Source: a virus. From it: 64,000 bases of DNA. Numbering within the stretch: position 1 is the first letter of the stretch; each line of letters opens with the position of its first letter. The DNA lies in the IMG/VR virus record IMGVR_UViG_3300045988_174823; one strand, written 5' to 3'. Below are positions 18,183 through 26,743 of the stretch, in pieces. Both the position numbers and the translations under genes were made by a program. The notes below the pieces were generated by a model, which worked only from the letters and a program-made list of their open reading frames with translations, was not told the origin of the DNA and searched no databases.

Positions 18183-18707
18183 CTATTTAATCGTTGAACC
18201 GAACCCTCCGGCGTCGCGCATCGAAGGCGTCAACGTGTCGGTTTCCTCCACTTCAATATACGGCGCAGGGACGATGACCAACTGGGCTACAACGTCTCCT
18301 GCCTTAAATTCCTTGGTGCTCAGATTCACGTTTTGAGGCTTCATCCCCGCAACCTCACCGAAGACGTTGGAAAGTAATCCACAAACGCTCTTGAAGAACC
18401 TGTGAACCAGCGTAGGCAAATGCCACGTCTTCTTGTAACGAGCACGTATCGTGCCGCGGTAGCCAGGGTCGATAACCCCTGGAGCATTACACATCACCAG
18501 GTCCATTTTTGAACAACGCGAATTCGGGACCAGCAACCCGCAATACCCCCTGGGAATTTCGACGGCGATGCCGGTATCGTATTCGATGTAATCTTCAGTT
18601 TCCTTTACGGTTACAGCCACGAGGTCCAGGCCGTTATCCTCACCACCAGGATGAGCATACGTCGGCAGTACGGCTTCAGGGTGTACTTTCTTGAATTTTA
18701 CGGTCAT
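18183..18707 (-). CDS. dut: dUTPase (trimeric type)
   Basis: Motifs present: GEDNGLDLVA, VPNSRCSKM, GVIDPGYRGTI, GDVVAQLVIVP and RDAGGFGST (motif V). Confidence 0.85.
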   Translation of the reverse strand: MTVKFKKVHPEAVLPTYAHPGGEDNGLDLVAVTVKETEDYIEYDTGIAVEIPRGYCGLLVPNSRCSKMDLVMCNAPGVIDPGYRGTIRARYKKTWHLPTLVHRFFKSVCGLLSNVFGEVAGMKPQNVNLSTKEFKAGDVVAQLVIVPAPYIEVEETDTLTPSMRDAGGFGSTIK

Positions 18708-19519
18708 TTCTTGTATCCTTTTAAGTGTAATTTGACTTCTATCATTTCACGATCCTTCATCTCGCCACCCCAGTTGGTACACTTCTTGGTGCGGAGTGTG
18801 ATGTATTCAGGGAACGTTTCCCTTAAACGTTGTGACTCGGCGTTGGAGTTCTCGATAGTTCGGTACACAGAACAACCGCCAGCAGCGTTGGCTCCTGTCA
18901 TTTTATCGAACGAATACTGATACGAAACCACGTTATCCAACCCAGCACGACGCAGGCCACAAGCCAAGGCAAAATCCTCTTTTATAGGCCAATCACTGAA
19001 CCTAACAGGCTGGCTCAGATATTGCTCAATATTCAGCCCCCAAATGGAGAAGAACCGCCCATTAATTTGTACGTCGTGCGTCTTATCGCGGTTGAATGGC
19101 CTATACGAAAGAGCCGCCACGGCGTAGGTGTCCAACTGCTCCGCTACCCAGTCAAACATCATCGAATAGATGCATTCCTGGGCCTCGACGGTGAAATTGT
19201 CGTTGTTTACCACTACAGGGGTCTTGGCATCGTCTAAACGCAGTGAGAAAGACACGTTATCGTCTAAGAAAAAGACTCCGCCAAATCCCCTATCAGCGGC
19301 CTCTACAACAATGTAGTCTCGTATGTCGCCTACACCGCGACATACCGTACTGTATTCCTCGATGGCGGCAACCTTACCGCCCCAGTTGCGTTGGTGAGCG
19401 GCCAATTCGCCAGGGTGACAGAATACCGTTACGCGGCGACGGGCCTCAGGCGTTAGGCGCTGGAGGGTTTTCTGGCGGTCAATACGACCACGGGTGAATA
19501 GTGCTATCAGAGTTTTCAT
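18704..19519 (-). CDS. hypothetical protein; possible GT-A-like (DxD) glycosyltransferase, similar in layout to 9..842
   Basis: 271 aa. It has a FFLDDNVSF DxD-like motif and a C-terminal ANAAGGCSVYR segment. The order of elements matches ORF 9..842. Confidence 0.4.
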   Translation of the reverse strand: MKTLIALFTRGRIDRQKTLQRLTPEARRRVTVFCHPGELAAHQRNWGGKVAAIEEYSTVCRGVGDIRDYIVVEAADRGFGGVFFLDDNVSFSLRLDDAKTPVVVNNDNFTVEAQECIYSMMFDWVAEQLDTYAVAALSYRPFNRDKTHDVQINGRFFSIWGLNIEQYLSQPVRFSDWPIKEDFALACGLRRAGLDNVVSYQYSFDKMTGANAAGGCSVYRTIENSNAESQRLRETFPEYITLRTKKCTNWGGEMKDREMIEVKLHLKGYKK

Positions 19520-19538
19520 ATCACTTAAAACGATGGCG

Positions 19539-22256
19539 CTAACCTAACATATCGAATTTAAATCCGGTAGTCATACGCGACGCCGCCAAGTCGGCCAGCC
19601 AAAACGACGACGAAATATCATCGTGACTACCGACACTCTCCAGCCCTTTTTCGGTAAAGGCAACGGAACCGAGGTCTTGGAAGATGAGGTCCTTGACCTG
19701 CTGAGAATAAACGTTACCTATCGGGATGTGGATTTTGCCGCGCTCGAACAACGTCGAAAGGTGCGGCCATCCGGTCTTCAGGTCGTACTTATCAATTCCC
19801 GTAGTGTGACCAATAACGGGCATACCCTCGGTGTCGGCTGTCTCGACGAATATCTGTTGGAATGTGTTATTCTCCATCACGATAAGGTCAGGCCGGAAGC
19901 GGGAGTTGATACGGCGCAGAACGTTCATCTGCTCGAAAAACTTGGCACCTTTTTCACGGTAGAGGTGCAACAGCCAGCGCTCGTCGGTCAATTCGTCAAT
20001 ACCCCATACGCTAAATACGGCGTAGTCGGCGCCGACGTTGGCTGAAATAGCGAAGTCGCACCCGACAACCACTTTAGAGAACTTAATGGGGAATTCTTCG
20101 CGCGAATCAACCAACGTGTAATTTTCCATCCGCAGTAGCGAACGCGTGAGGATTTCCATCGGGAAGATTGACGACTCGTTGGTAATCGGGCGACAAAGGT
20201 TCTCACGCGAGAAGATGATTGAACCCTGGGTCTCCTTTTTATCCATCAGGTCCTTAAACGACCAACGCTGGGGCCAAAGGATTCGTCCGTCGGGGAAGAT
20301 GGCTGGATACTCGATAACGAACCAACCGTTCTTGGTCTTCAGGTCGCCGTAAAGGTCTTCGGCGTGGAACGGCGTACCGACGACGATAATCTGGCCACCA
20401 GGTACGAGCATATTCATGATTACGGAGTGGAAATAGTCGGTGGACTTATTTCGTTGGAGACTGGAGTAAATGACGTTGTCCTTCAAGCCGTCATCTACGA
20501 TAATCCAATACGGGTGAGCACCACGCACCGACGATCCAAAACCTTTTCCCGTCAAACGTGCTCCGTTACGGCACACGATATTGGTAGCCGACCAGTTGTT
20601 GGCTGTCGATTGGGGAAACAGCCGTTCCTTCAATATCTCGTTTTCCTCAATAGTGCCTTTCAGAATCTCCAAAAGGTCCACACTCTGTTGTAACGAGAAC
20701 GAGAACAAGAATCCGCGATTTGATGAAGCTGCCGCAGGTCGTTTCGAGTAGCGGGTGGTTGACGGCTTCTTGTAACGGTATAGCTGCCACGCGGCGTAGG
20801 CGTTGGAGAAATAGAACGAGTTGTGCGTAACCGTACCGTCACCCAGCACGAAGCGGTGGTCGCCGTCGGTGGTGATAGATATGTAGTCACCTTCACCCGC
20901 GGGCGTGATCTTCAACGACGATACCACCGTAGGGTGTACGCCGTCGATAGTGCCCCAGTCCTTGTGTGACGTCTTGGCGGCCCAGTCGGTTTGGACCTTT
21001 TTACGAGCGATCTTTACTGGGATGCGGTCCAGTTCACCAGAAATAGTCACGCACCACGACGAATAGTCGCGGCCTAACGCTTTACAATACCGCGTTCCAC
21101 CACCCATTCGGGTACAGAAGCCAAGGCTGTCGGCCAAGTTCTTCACGTCACACACCAACTGGTAGTTCGTATTACCGAAGTGATAGCCGCCCTGCCAATA
21201 GTTACCGTCGGAATCGATCAACCCAGCCAACACCTGAAGACGAACTTCTTCGCTGTTGACGAGGTACTGCTCCGGAATGTGCTTATTGTAGAGCAGGTTG
21301 TAACCCTTGAGCATCCTTTCCAGCGGGTTACGCTTACCGCGGCCACGAACGTCAATTCCAAGTGTCACTACCATACCATTTTGGCCATAGTGAAGCCCCA
21401 AGCGCTCGGCGTAAGAGTGTAAGTACTCACACACTTCAGGGTCGGCGGTGGTGATCTTCTGGTTGTTGGAGTTGCCGTCGCCTAACCAGTACCCAAGAAA
21501 ATATGGTTCCAACCCCACGGGCCGCGTGGGGTACTGCACTGCCACCTTGAAACCGCGGTAACGTTCCTTCACCCAGTTCGGGGTCTTGCTTAAAAGCGTC
21601 GGAATATCAATATCCACTATCCGCTTCGACGCTGTAGCGATGGAACCGTTGCGGTCCTTCTCGATCAGCGTACAAATGTGGCGTGAGTTGACGGTGTGGC
21701 TATCACCGCGCGACTGGTCGATACGGTACATCATCGAATCGTGGCCACGGCGCGTAGCAACCACGCGGCGGGGCTTAGAGTCGATGCCCATCAACAAGTC
21801 GCCAACCACAACGTCTTCGACCTTTTTGATAGTTCCGTCGTACATTCGGACGGGGGTTCCGACGGCTTCGCACTTTCCGTGGTCACGCGCTGCGTTGATA
21901 CACAATTTCTTGTGGTTATGGACTAATTCACCCCATTCCAGGTGGTGCCACGACAGCTGGAAGTCAGGGATAACAGAGGTGATGAAATACGTCAAGTTGG
22001 CGCATCGTAGGGTATCTTCTACGACGGCCGAAACGTTTTCTTCGTAGCGGGGTTTGAAGTCAATCGACGCGTCACCCGTGTACATAATACGATATGTGTC
22101 CTCCAACAGAGCGTCGAATATCGTATCAACGTCGTGTATATCGCCACTCATCATCTCATTCAACCCACGCTCGTCCATACCCTCGATTATTTCATCAACG
22201 AGGTCTAAACAAGCCAAACGGTGCGTAACCGAGGGTGCTGTAATCTGAGGTATCAT
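19539..22256 (-). CDS. terL: terminase large subunit, interrupted by an intein
   Basis: The exteins give a Walker A AARDHGK|S, a Walker B YWIIVDDGL, and a C-terminal RNase-H-like nuclease (VVGCDFAIS...). The gene is 905 aa including a 351-aa insert. Confidence 0.9.
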   Translation of the reverse strand: MIPQITAPSVTHRLACLDLVDEIIEGMDERGLNEMMSGDIHDVDTIFDALLEDTYRIMYTGDASIDFKPRYEENVSAVVEDTLRCANLTYFITSVIPDFQLSWHHLEWGELVHNHKKLCINAARDHGKCEAVGTPVRMYDGTIKKVEDVVVGDLLMGIDSKPRRVVATRRGHDSMMYRIDQSRGDSHTVNSRHICTLIEKDRNGSIATASKRIVDIDIPTLLSKTPNWVKERYRGFKVAVQYPTRPVGLEPYFLGYWLGDGNSNNQKITTADPEVCEYLHSYAERLGLHYGQNGMVVTLGIDVRGRGKRNPLERMLKGYNLLYNKHIPEQYLVNSEEVRLQVLAGLIDSDGNYWQGGYHFGNTNYQLVCDVKNLADSLGFCTRMGGGTRYCKALGRDYSSWCVTISGELDRIPVKIARKKVQTDWAAKTSHKDWGTIDGVHPTVVSSLKITPAGEGDYISITTDGDHRFVLGDGTVTHNSFYFSNAYAAWQLYRYKKPSTTRYSKRPAAASSNRGFLFSFSLQQSVDLLEILKGTIEENEILKERLFPQSTANNWSATNIVCRNGARLTGKGFGSSVRGAHPYWIIVDDGLKDNVIYSSLQRNKSTDYFHSVIMNMLVPGGQIIVVGTPFHAEDLYGDLKTKNGWFVIEYPAIFPDGRILWPQRWSFKDLMDKKETQGSIIFSRENLCRPITNESSIFPMEILTRSLLRMENYTLVDSREEFPIKFSKVVVGCDFAISANVGADYAVFSVWGIDELTDERWLLHLYREKGAKFFEQMNVLRRINSRFRPDLIVMENNTFQQIFVETADTEGMPVIGHTTGIDKYDLKTGWPHLSTLFERGKIHIPIGNVYSQQVKDLIFQDLGSVAFTEKGLESVGSHDDISSSFWLADLAASRMTTGFKFDMLG
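20820..21872 (-). mobile_element. intein with LAGLIDADG homing endonuclease in the terminase P-loop
   Basis: It starts at DHGK|CEAVGTPVRMYDG and ends at FVLGDGTVTHN|S. Two LAGLIDADG motifs are present (FLGYWLGDGNS and LAGLIDSDGN). Confidence 0.85.
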
Positions 22257-22329
22257 AGCTTCGGTATTAATAGCAACACCCAGCAGGGGTCTCGATTCCC
22301 TCTGGGTGTTACCGGGCCTACAACAAAAC

Positions 22330-22806
22330 TCACTTCTTCAAATTTAACACCTTGGCGATGTAACGTTCCATTCCCAGGGTCTCGCGCTGATACACCTCTT
22401 CAGGGTATTCTTTCAAGAGTACGGAGTTGTAACTCTCAATAGCTGCCTCAAGCAACGTAGTCAGCTGTATAATCTTGGCCTTATGAACCGCTGCACGGTC
22501 GTCGGCGTTAAAAGTGAAGCAGAATTTTGTTTTGTTGGCGTCCATTATATCGACGTAACCGAACGTCTGAAGTGTTTCCAAAAGATCCAACGCCTTACGG
22601 TGTGACAGCGTCGTCTTCTTTACAACCTCTGTACGGGTGAAAGTGCGTTGAGATCTCATCTCTTGCTCCAAAGCGTCTTTGCACAAAATACGAAGCAATT
22701 CGAGTGCTTTGGAAAAGGCCAATTGGCGGTTTTCGTCCTTTTCGGTGTACTGTTTTGCCGCTTCTACCTCCTCGGGTGTTTGAGCGACACGTGTGTTATC
22801 TGCCAT
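22330..22806 (-). CDS. winged-helix-like DNA-binding protein; small terminase candidate by position only
   Basis: 158 aa, immediately upstream of terL. The segment LSHRKALDLLETLQTFGYVDIMD looks like a winged-helix motif. Confidence 0.3.
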   Translation of the reverse strand: MADNTRVAQTPEEVEAAKQYTEKDENRQLAFSKALELLRILCKDALEQEMRSQRTFTRTEVVKKTTLSHRKALDLLETLQTFGYVDIMDANKTKFCFTFNADDRAAVHKAKIIQLTTLLEAAIESYNSVLLKEYPEEVYQRETLGMERYIAKVLNLKK

Positions 22807-23232
22807 TTTGTTTTACAGTTTCTCGTTTTATAGTTGGAAACAACTCGCCGCGGAAACGCACCATAGTCTGTGCCAAATACGCGTACACGTCTTCAGGTCG
22901 GGCGTAGAGATCGTGCAGCGGCAACCTCGCCATGTATTTCAGTTCGTCGTCCTCCGACAGGCGATACACCACGTGAAACGCATACCGCCCGTCTTCAGGG
23001 TCGCGCATAACACCAACGACCTTGACCTCGATGATTTCGATAACCCCTTCGTTGGCCGACAGTATATAGCGCGAATCGCCAACGTTAGGCAGCAGATTGC
23101 CCTTGAGGCGCGTGGCCTTTCCGTTCTGGTTGACGTCCCGCGGGGGGTTACGCGTTTTTGCTTTCCGGCGCCGCTCTTCAGGCGGTTGTAGGCTTGATTG
23201 GCGTCGAATACCTTTTCAGCCAACGAGTCCAA
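22796..23232 (-). CDS. hypothetical protein apparently requiring a -1 frame change (or carrying a 1-nt deletion)
   Basis: From the TTG at 23232 the frame reads a protein-like DSLAEKVFDANQAYNRLKSGAGKQK and then degenerates. The -1 frame is open and protein-like from about 23160 (NPPRDVNQNGKATRLKGNLLPNVGDSRYILSANEG...) down to the stop at 22796, but it has no start before the ATG at 23008. Confidence 0.35.
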
Positions 23233-23277
23233 ATCAGGCGTAATTTGACCGACAGGCTGGTAGCGGTAACGAATCGC

Positions 23278-23484
23278 CTACTTATCGCCCAAACGTTCTA
23301 CCAGCCCGTTGGCGGTCAGTACCTCGAAAAGCGGCGGCGTGATTTTGGGACTCAGGCCGTTCTTAGCCAGTATAGCGCCAAACGACGCTCCGGGTTCCAA
23401 TACACTCACCCACTTATTCGCGGAACGCTCCAAGACTTCGGTGATTGACGCCTTAACGCGTTGAATAAATTGTTGCTTGTTCAT
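23278..23484 (-). CDS. hypothetical protein
   Basis: 68-aa ORF preceded by the A-rich leader motif GTACAACGAAA. Confidence 0.5.
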   Translation of the reverse strand: MNKQQFIQRVKASITEVLERSANKWVSVLEPGASFGAILAKNGLSPKITPPLFEVLTANGLVERLGDK

Positions 23485-23534
23485 TTTCGTTGTACAGTTT
23501 TTGTTGTTAGACGCACTGTATAACGTTGGCTATT

Positions 23535-24203
23535 TTATTTGGCGCACTTGAACTCGAAGAACTCGTTCCCGCGACGGCGAGATCTTTTCTCGGTGGCGGA
23601 TGACATATCACCTGTAGCGCGTAACCGTCGTACACAGTAGCGAAAATACTCGGCCGTGGCTTCCACGTCGTTCATCGCGCCGTGGGCATCGGTAAGTACA
23701 ATTCCTGCACGATCACACGTAGCGCCAAGAGTCATTTTCTCATCACCCGTCAGCCCGTACATCATCTTGGAAAGATACATCGTATCCAGCGTCTGATCCT
23801 GGATGTAGTTGAACAGGCTCTGCTTTTTACCGTGTACGGAATAGTAGAACGCTGCTTCCAACATCCCTACATCGAACATCACGTTGTGACCCACGGCTAC
23901 CAACCGCCGTTGGTCCTTACCCTTGACGTCAGCAAAATTCTGGACACAAAACCGCATAAACGCGTCAATAAACGCATTCAGTTCCATACCGCGGTTCACC
24001 TCCGCCATATTTACCATCGTCTTTGCGATGGATTCCTTCGTTATTTGGAGATCGTTGTAGGGCTTCACGTAAGTCTCCCAGCGATCTATCTCTTTCAGGG
24101 TGTTAAAGTCTAACACAACGGCTGCAAATGACGTTATGGGATTTTTTGCGGGATCTAAGCCTCCCGTTTCGGTATCCATTACAAGGTACGGCGAACGTTT
24201 CAT
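23535..24203 (-). CDS. DEDDh 3'-5' exonuclease (DnaQ-like)
   Basis: Exo I is LVMDTETGGLDP, Exo II is VGHNVMFDVGML and Exo III is HGAMNDVEATA. Confidence 0.85.
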   Translation of the reverse strand: MKRSPYLVMDTETGGLDPAKNPITSFAAVVLDFNTLKEIDRWETYVKPYNDLQITKESIAKTMVNMAEVNRGMELNAFIDAFMRFCVQNFADVKGKDQRRLVAVGHNVMFDVGMLEAAFYYSVHGKKQSLFNYIQDQTLDTMYLSKMMYGLTGDEKMTLGATCDRAGIVLTDAHGAMNDVEATAEYFRYCVRRLRATGDMSSATEKRSRRRGNEFFEFKCAK

Positions 24204-24232
24204 ATCATTTCATTTTTCGTAAGTAACGCTGT

Positions 24233-24269
24233 AAAAAAACCGCCTCGCTGTATCACTACTGTGGGGCGG
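24233..24269 (-). terminator. weak terminator-like hairpin plus T7 run
   Basis: The minus strand reads CCGCC-N20-GGCGG followed by TTTTTTT. The stem is only 5 bp. Confidence 0.3.
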
Positions 24270-24425
24270 TTGGGGATGGATTAAACCTTTGATTGATGGA
24301 AGTATGTTAAATACTTTATGGTCGGGGCGATATTTCACGCCCCGTGTTCGTCGGTTGTCGTTCCTATTGGTGCTCCCCTGTGCCGGCCGGGCGAACTGCC
24401 ACAACGATGACGAACGAAATTTCTT

Positions 24426-24488
24426 AAAAAGCCCCTCACCCATGGACTTTCGGGCCGCGTCTGCCGCACGCGGTTTTAATTGGGGCTT
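24426..24488 (-). terminator. compound hairpin plus T-run just downstream of the tRNA
   Basis: The minus strand has AAGCCCC ... GGGGCTT (7 bp) enclosing CCGCGT/ACGCGG (6 bp), followed by TTTAAG. Confidence 0.4.
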
Positions 24489-24492
24489 CTTG

Positions 24493-24563
24493 TTGACCCG
24501 GAAGGATTCGAACCTCCAACACCGGAACCAAAATCCGATGTGTTACCATTACACCACAGGTCA
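24493..24563 (-). tRNA. tRNA-Gln (anticodon UUG)
   Basis: Hand-folded 71-nt cloverleaf. The acceptor stem is TGACCTG/CGGGTCA with a U1-A72 pair. The D-arm is GTGT-AATGGTA-ACAC. The anticodon arm is TCGGA-TTTTGGT-TCCGG, giving anticodon TTG. The T-arm is GGAGG-TTCGAAT-CCTTC. No CCA is encoded. Confidence 0.85.
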
Positions 24564-24945
24564 GTTAAGGGGCGCGACGCATCGCTTATACTCTTCCCCC
24601 CTTGTAGAGTCTGTCTCCTCCGCTCCGGCGCTCGCTATGGAGGAAGTCTGCGTTGCTGCCTTGGAGACAATTTTGTTACTGGTGTCAGGACTTATACGTT
24701 CCGAGACCTGACTTAACCCCACCAGCCTTGAGGTATTGGTGCCAGCCGACTGGGCGTCGGGACGGACACTGTGTAGAGTAATTCGTGGCCACTCTTTGAC
24801 TCAACAGCACCCTTTTCTGGCCAAAAGTAGAGGAAATACCGCGGTTGGAAAAGAAACTACACTCGTTGAAAACCTAACTCTTCATTGCTTGGCGTTAAGC
24901 GGCGTTTCCTCGTTTCAGATACTATAACGTTGAAGCGAAAGTAAC
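24564..24945 (-). ncRNA. candidate structured non-coding RNA upstream of the tRNA
   Basis: About 380 nt lies between a strong terminator and the tRNA, with no minus-strand ORF of 60 aa or more. Several 5-7-bp stems are visible, for example GTCAGG/CCTGAC nested in CTGGT/ACCAG, TCCTCC/GGAGGA, CCGAC/GTCGG and GGCCA/TGGCC. The RNA class is unknown. Confidence 0.3.
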
Positions 24946-24980
24946 TAAAAATCCGCCAGGGGCAACCACATCCCTGGCGG
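24946..24980 (-). terminator. rho-independent terminator downstream of the HU gene
   Basis: The minus strand has CCGCCAGGG-N10-CCCTGGCGG (a 9-bp perfect stem) followed by ATTTTTAG. Confidence 0.75.
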
Positions 24981-25014
24981 ACGTACGAAAGCGAACTGTG
25001 CTACCAGTTACGGG

Positions 25015-25302
25015 CTATTTCTTAGCCTTTTTGCCGTAGGCGCGGAAACTGTACGCCGGACGGAACTGGATAGTCTTGTAGGGGTCAGTGGGGGCCGTAA
25101 CACCCGTCTGCGGGTTACGTGCCATACGCGACGGTTGGTCCTTGGGGACGAACTTTCCCACCTTACCGATAGGGATGATTTCGTCCTTGTCGCGAACCTC
25201 CTCGGTGAGAATCTCTTCCAAAGCACGGACGAAAGCAATCGCCTGGGCCTTGGTAGTGCCGGCCTTGGCGGCCAAAGCACCGTAAAAATCTTGCACTTTC
25301 AT
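25015..25302 (-). CDS. HU/IHF-family DNA-binding protein
   Basis: MKVQDFYGALAAKAG...GKVGKFVPKDQPSRMARNPQTGVTAPTDPYKTIQFRPA matches the HU beta-arm pattern (R-NP-TG). The start is placed at the internal ATG at 25302. Confidence 0.85.
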   Translation of the reverse strand: MKVQDFYGALAAKAGTTKAQAIAFVRALEEILTEEVRDKDEIIPIGKVGKFVPKDQPSRMARNPQTGVTAPTDPYKTIQFRPAYSFRAYGKKAKK

Positions 25303-25340
25303 TGTACGATAATTTTGATTGTTGATAAATATGGGGTTTG

Positions 25341-25820
25341 TTAAACCTTTGTCGAAGCGATGGTAATTCCTAATTCTACCAGCTGTGAACGTAACGAATT
25401 CCAAGCAGCGTCGCGGGCTTCGGGGTTTATCCACCATTCGGAGAAATTATCACCTTCCGCAGCCATAGTGTCGTGGTTAAGGACGATGCCGTATTCGAAG
25501 CGTTGTTGTGAGTCGTTATATCGATCTACGCGGACTATCGACCGGATGGCGTACCACGGGACCACGACATCGCCCAACTCAATAAACACGCCATTCAAGC
25601 GTTTTTTATTCGTCGCTTCGTCAGCGTGACCCAGGAAGTCGGTTAACGACATATCGTAATCTGGACCATCGTCGGCGTTGCGTTCGGCGTCATACGGCCG
25701 TGCCTTTACCGTCGCGGGCTTATCACCAAATAGCGGCAGGCCATTGGCGCCGCGAGGTATCTTATGAGCCTTTTCAGGCGGCTGTTTTTCGTCAATTTTC
25801 GACGTGCGGACCTTTACCAT
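25341..25820 (-). CDS. hypothetical protein
   Basis: 159-aa minus-strand ORF. No recognisable motif. Confidence 0.55.
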   Translation of the reverse strand: MVKVRTSKIDEKQPPEKAHKIPRGANGLPLFGDKPATVKARPYDAERNADDGPDYDMSLTDFLGHADEATNKKRLNGVFIELGDVVVPWYAIRSIVRVDRYNDSQQRFEYGIVLNHDTMAAEGDNFSEWWINPEARDAAWNSLRSQLVELGITIASTKV

Positions 25821-26730
25821 CTTGTTTCATCATTCTGACGTATCCGGCCTTCACCAACTTACGCATGGCGTTACGGGGGTTGAGGGCCTGTAAGTAAACG
25901 CAATCGGGGTTGTATTGAACCTTAACAGCACGACGCGCAGTCGGTTTCCCGGTGGCGACATCTAACTCCAGTGTTGTTGTGGTGTCAATCTCCCTACATT
26001 CTCCGGTCTTATAGTTGAACTCGAATGATCTCATTCCCGGAAGCAGCGTGGATGAACCCAAATAGCGTTGTTCCTGCTTTTGGCGTTCTAACTGCTCGGT
26101 ACGTGTAGGTTCGGCATCCTGCTGATCGAAACGTCCGGTGTGGAAGAATTCACTCATCTTGAAAATGTTTAATCCTCGTTCTATGCCTGCCAACATTTCG
26201 CTGGTAAAGGCGTGAATAATATCAAGTCGGGTGTTACAGCGCCAATACGGAACCGCTCCTCCTACGTCAGGCCCGGTGAGGCGATACTGCATAAGCGAAA
26301 ATTCCAACGCGTAATCAGCCTCCGGGGAGTTGTAATTACCCGGCAGCCGTACTTGAACCTGAAGCAGGTGGGCATATTGGCCACAGAATATCTCATCACG
26401 ACGCTGAGCGGGTTCCAAACGAATACGATAGGCGTCCATCGTAAGTTGGAATTCGCGAATGTAGGTAAAATTGACGAGATTCACCGTTTTCGTCAAAACG
26501 TGATGCGTGTTGTCTTCCCAATTGGCGTGAATTACTTCGGCGTGATTTGGCAGGTGGAGTATTACCGCAGCCCAAATTTCTTGAGGGATGATGGACGATT
26601 TGCGTTCAGGACGCTGGCGAAATGCCTCAGGCCATGTAGCTTCGAATTCGTCCGCGACCGCCTCTTGCACCAAGGCGGTGATTTCTTCGGCGTAGAGCCA
26701 ATTGATTATCCAACGAATCAGGCGTTTCAT
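25792..26730 (-). CDS. hypothetical protein
   Basis: 312-aa minus-strand ORF. No recognisable motif. Confidence 0.55.
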   Translation of the reverse strand: MKRLIRWIINWLYAEEITALVQEAVADEFEATWPEAFRQRPERKSSIIPQEIWAAVILHLPNHAEVIHANWEDNTHHVLTKTVNLVNFTYIREFQLTMDAYRIRLEPAQRRDEIFCGQYAHLLQVQVRLPGNYNSPEADYALEFSLMQYRLTGPDVGGAVPYWRCNTRLDIIHAFTSEMLAGIERGLNIFKMSEFFHTGRFDQQDAEPTRTEQLERQKQEQRYLGSSTLLPGMRSFEFNYKTGECREIDTTTTLELDVATGKPTARRAVKVQYNPDCVYLQALNPRNAMRKLVKAGYVRMMKQDGKGPHVEN

Positions 26731-26743
26731 CGTGTTAAGGATT

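Noticed and set aside
24210-24711. ORFs 24210..24443 (-), 24289..24711 (+) and 24480..24716 (+)
   Set aside because: They overlap the tRNA gene and terminator hairpins and have atypical composition. The region is better explained as non-coding.
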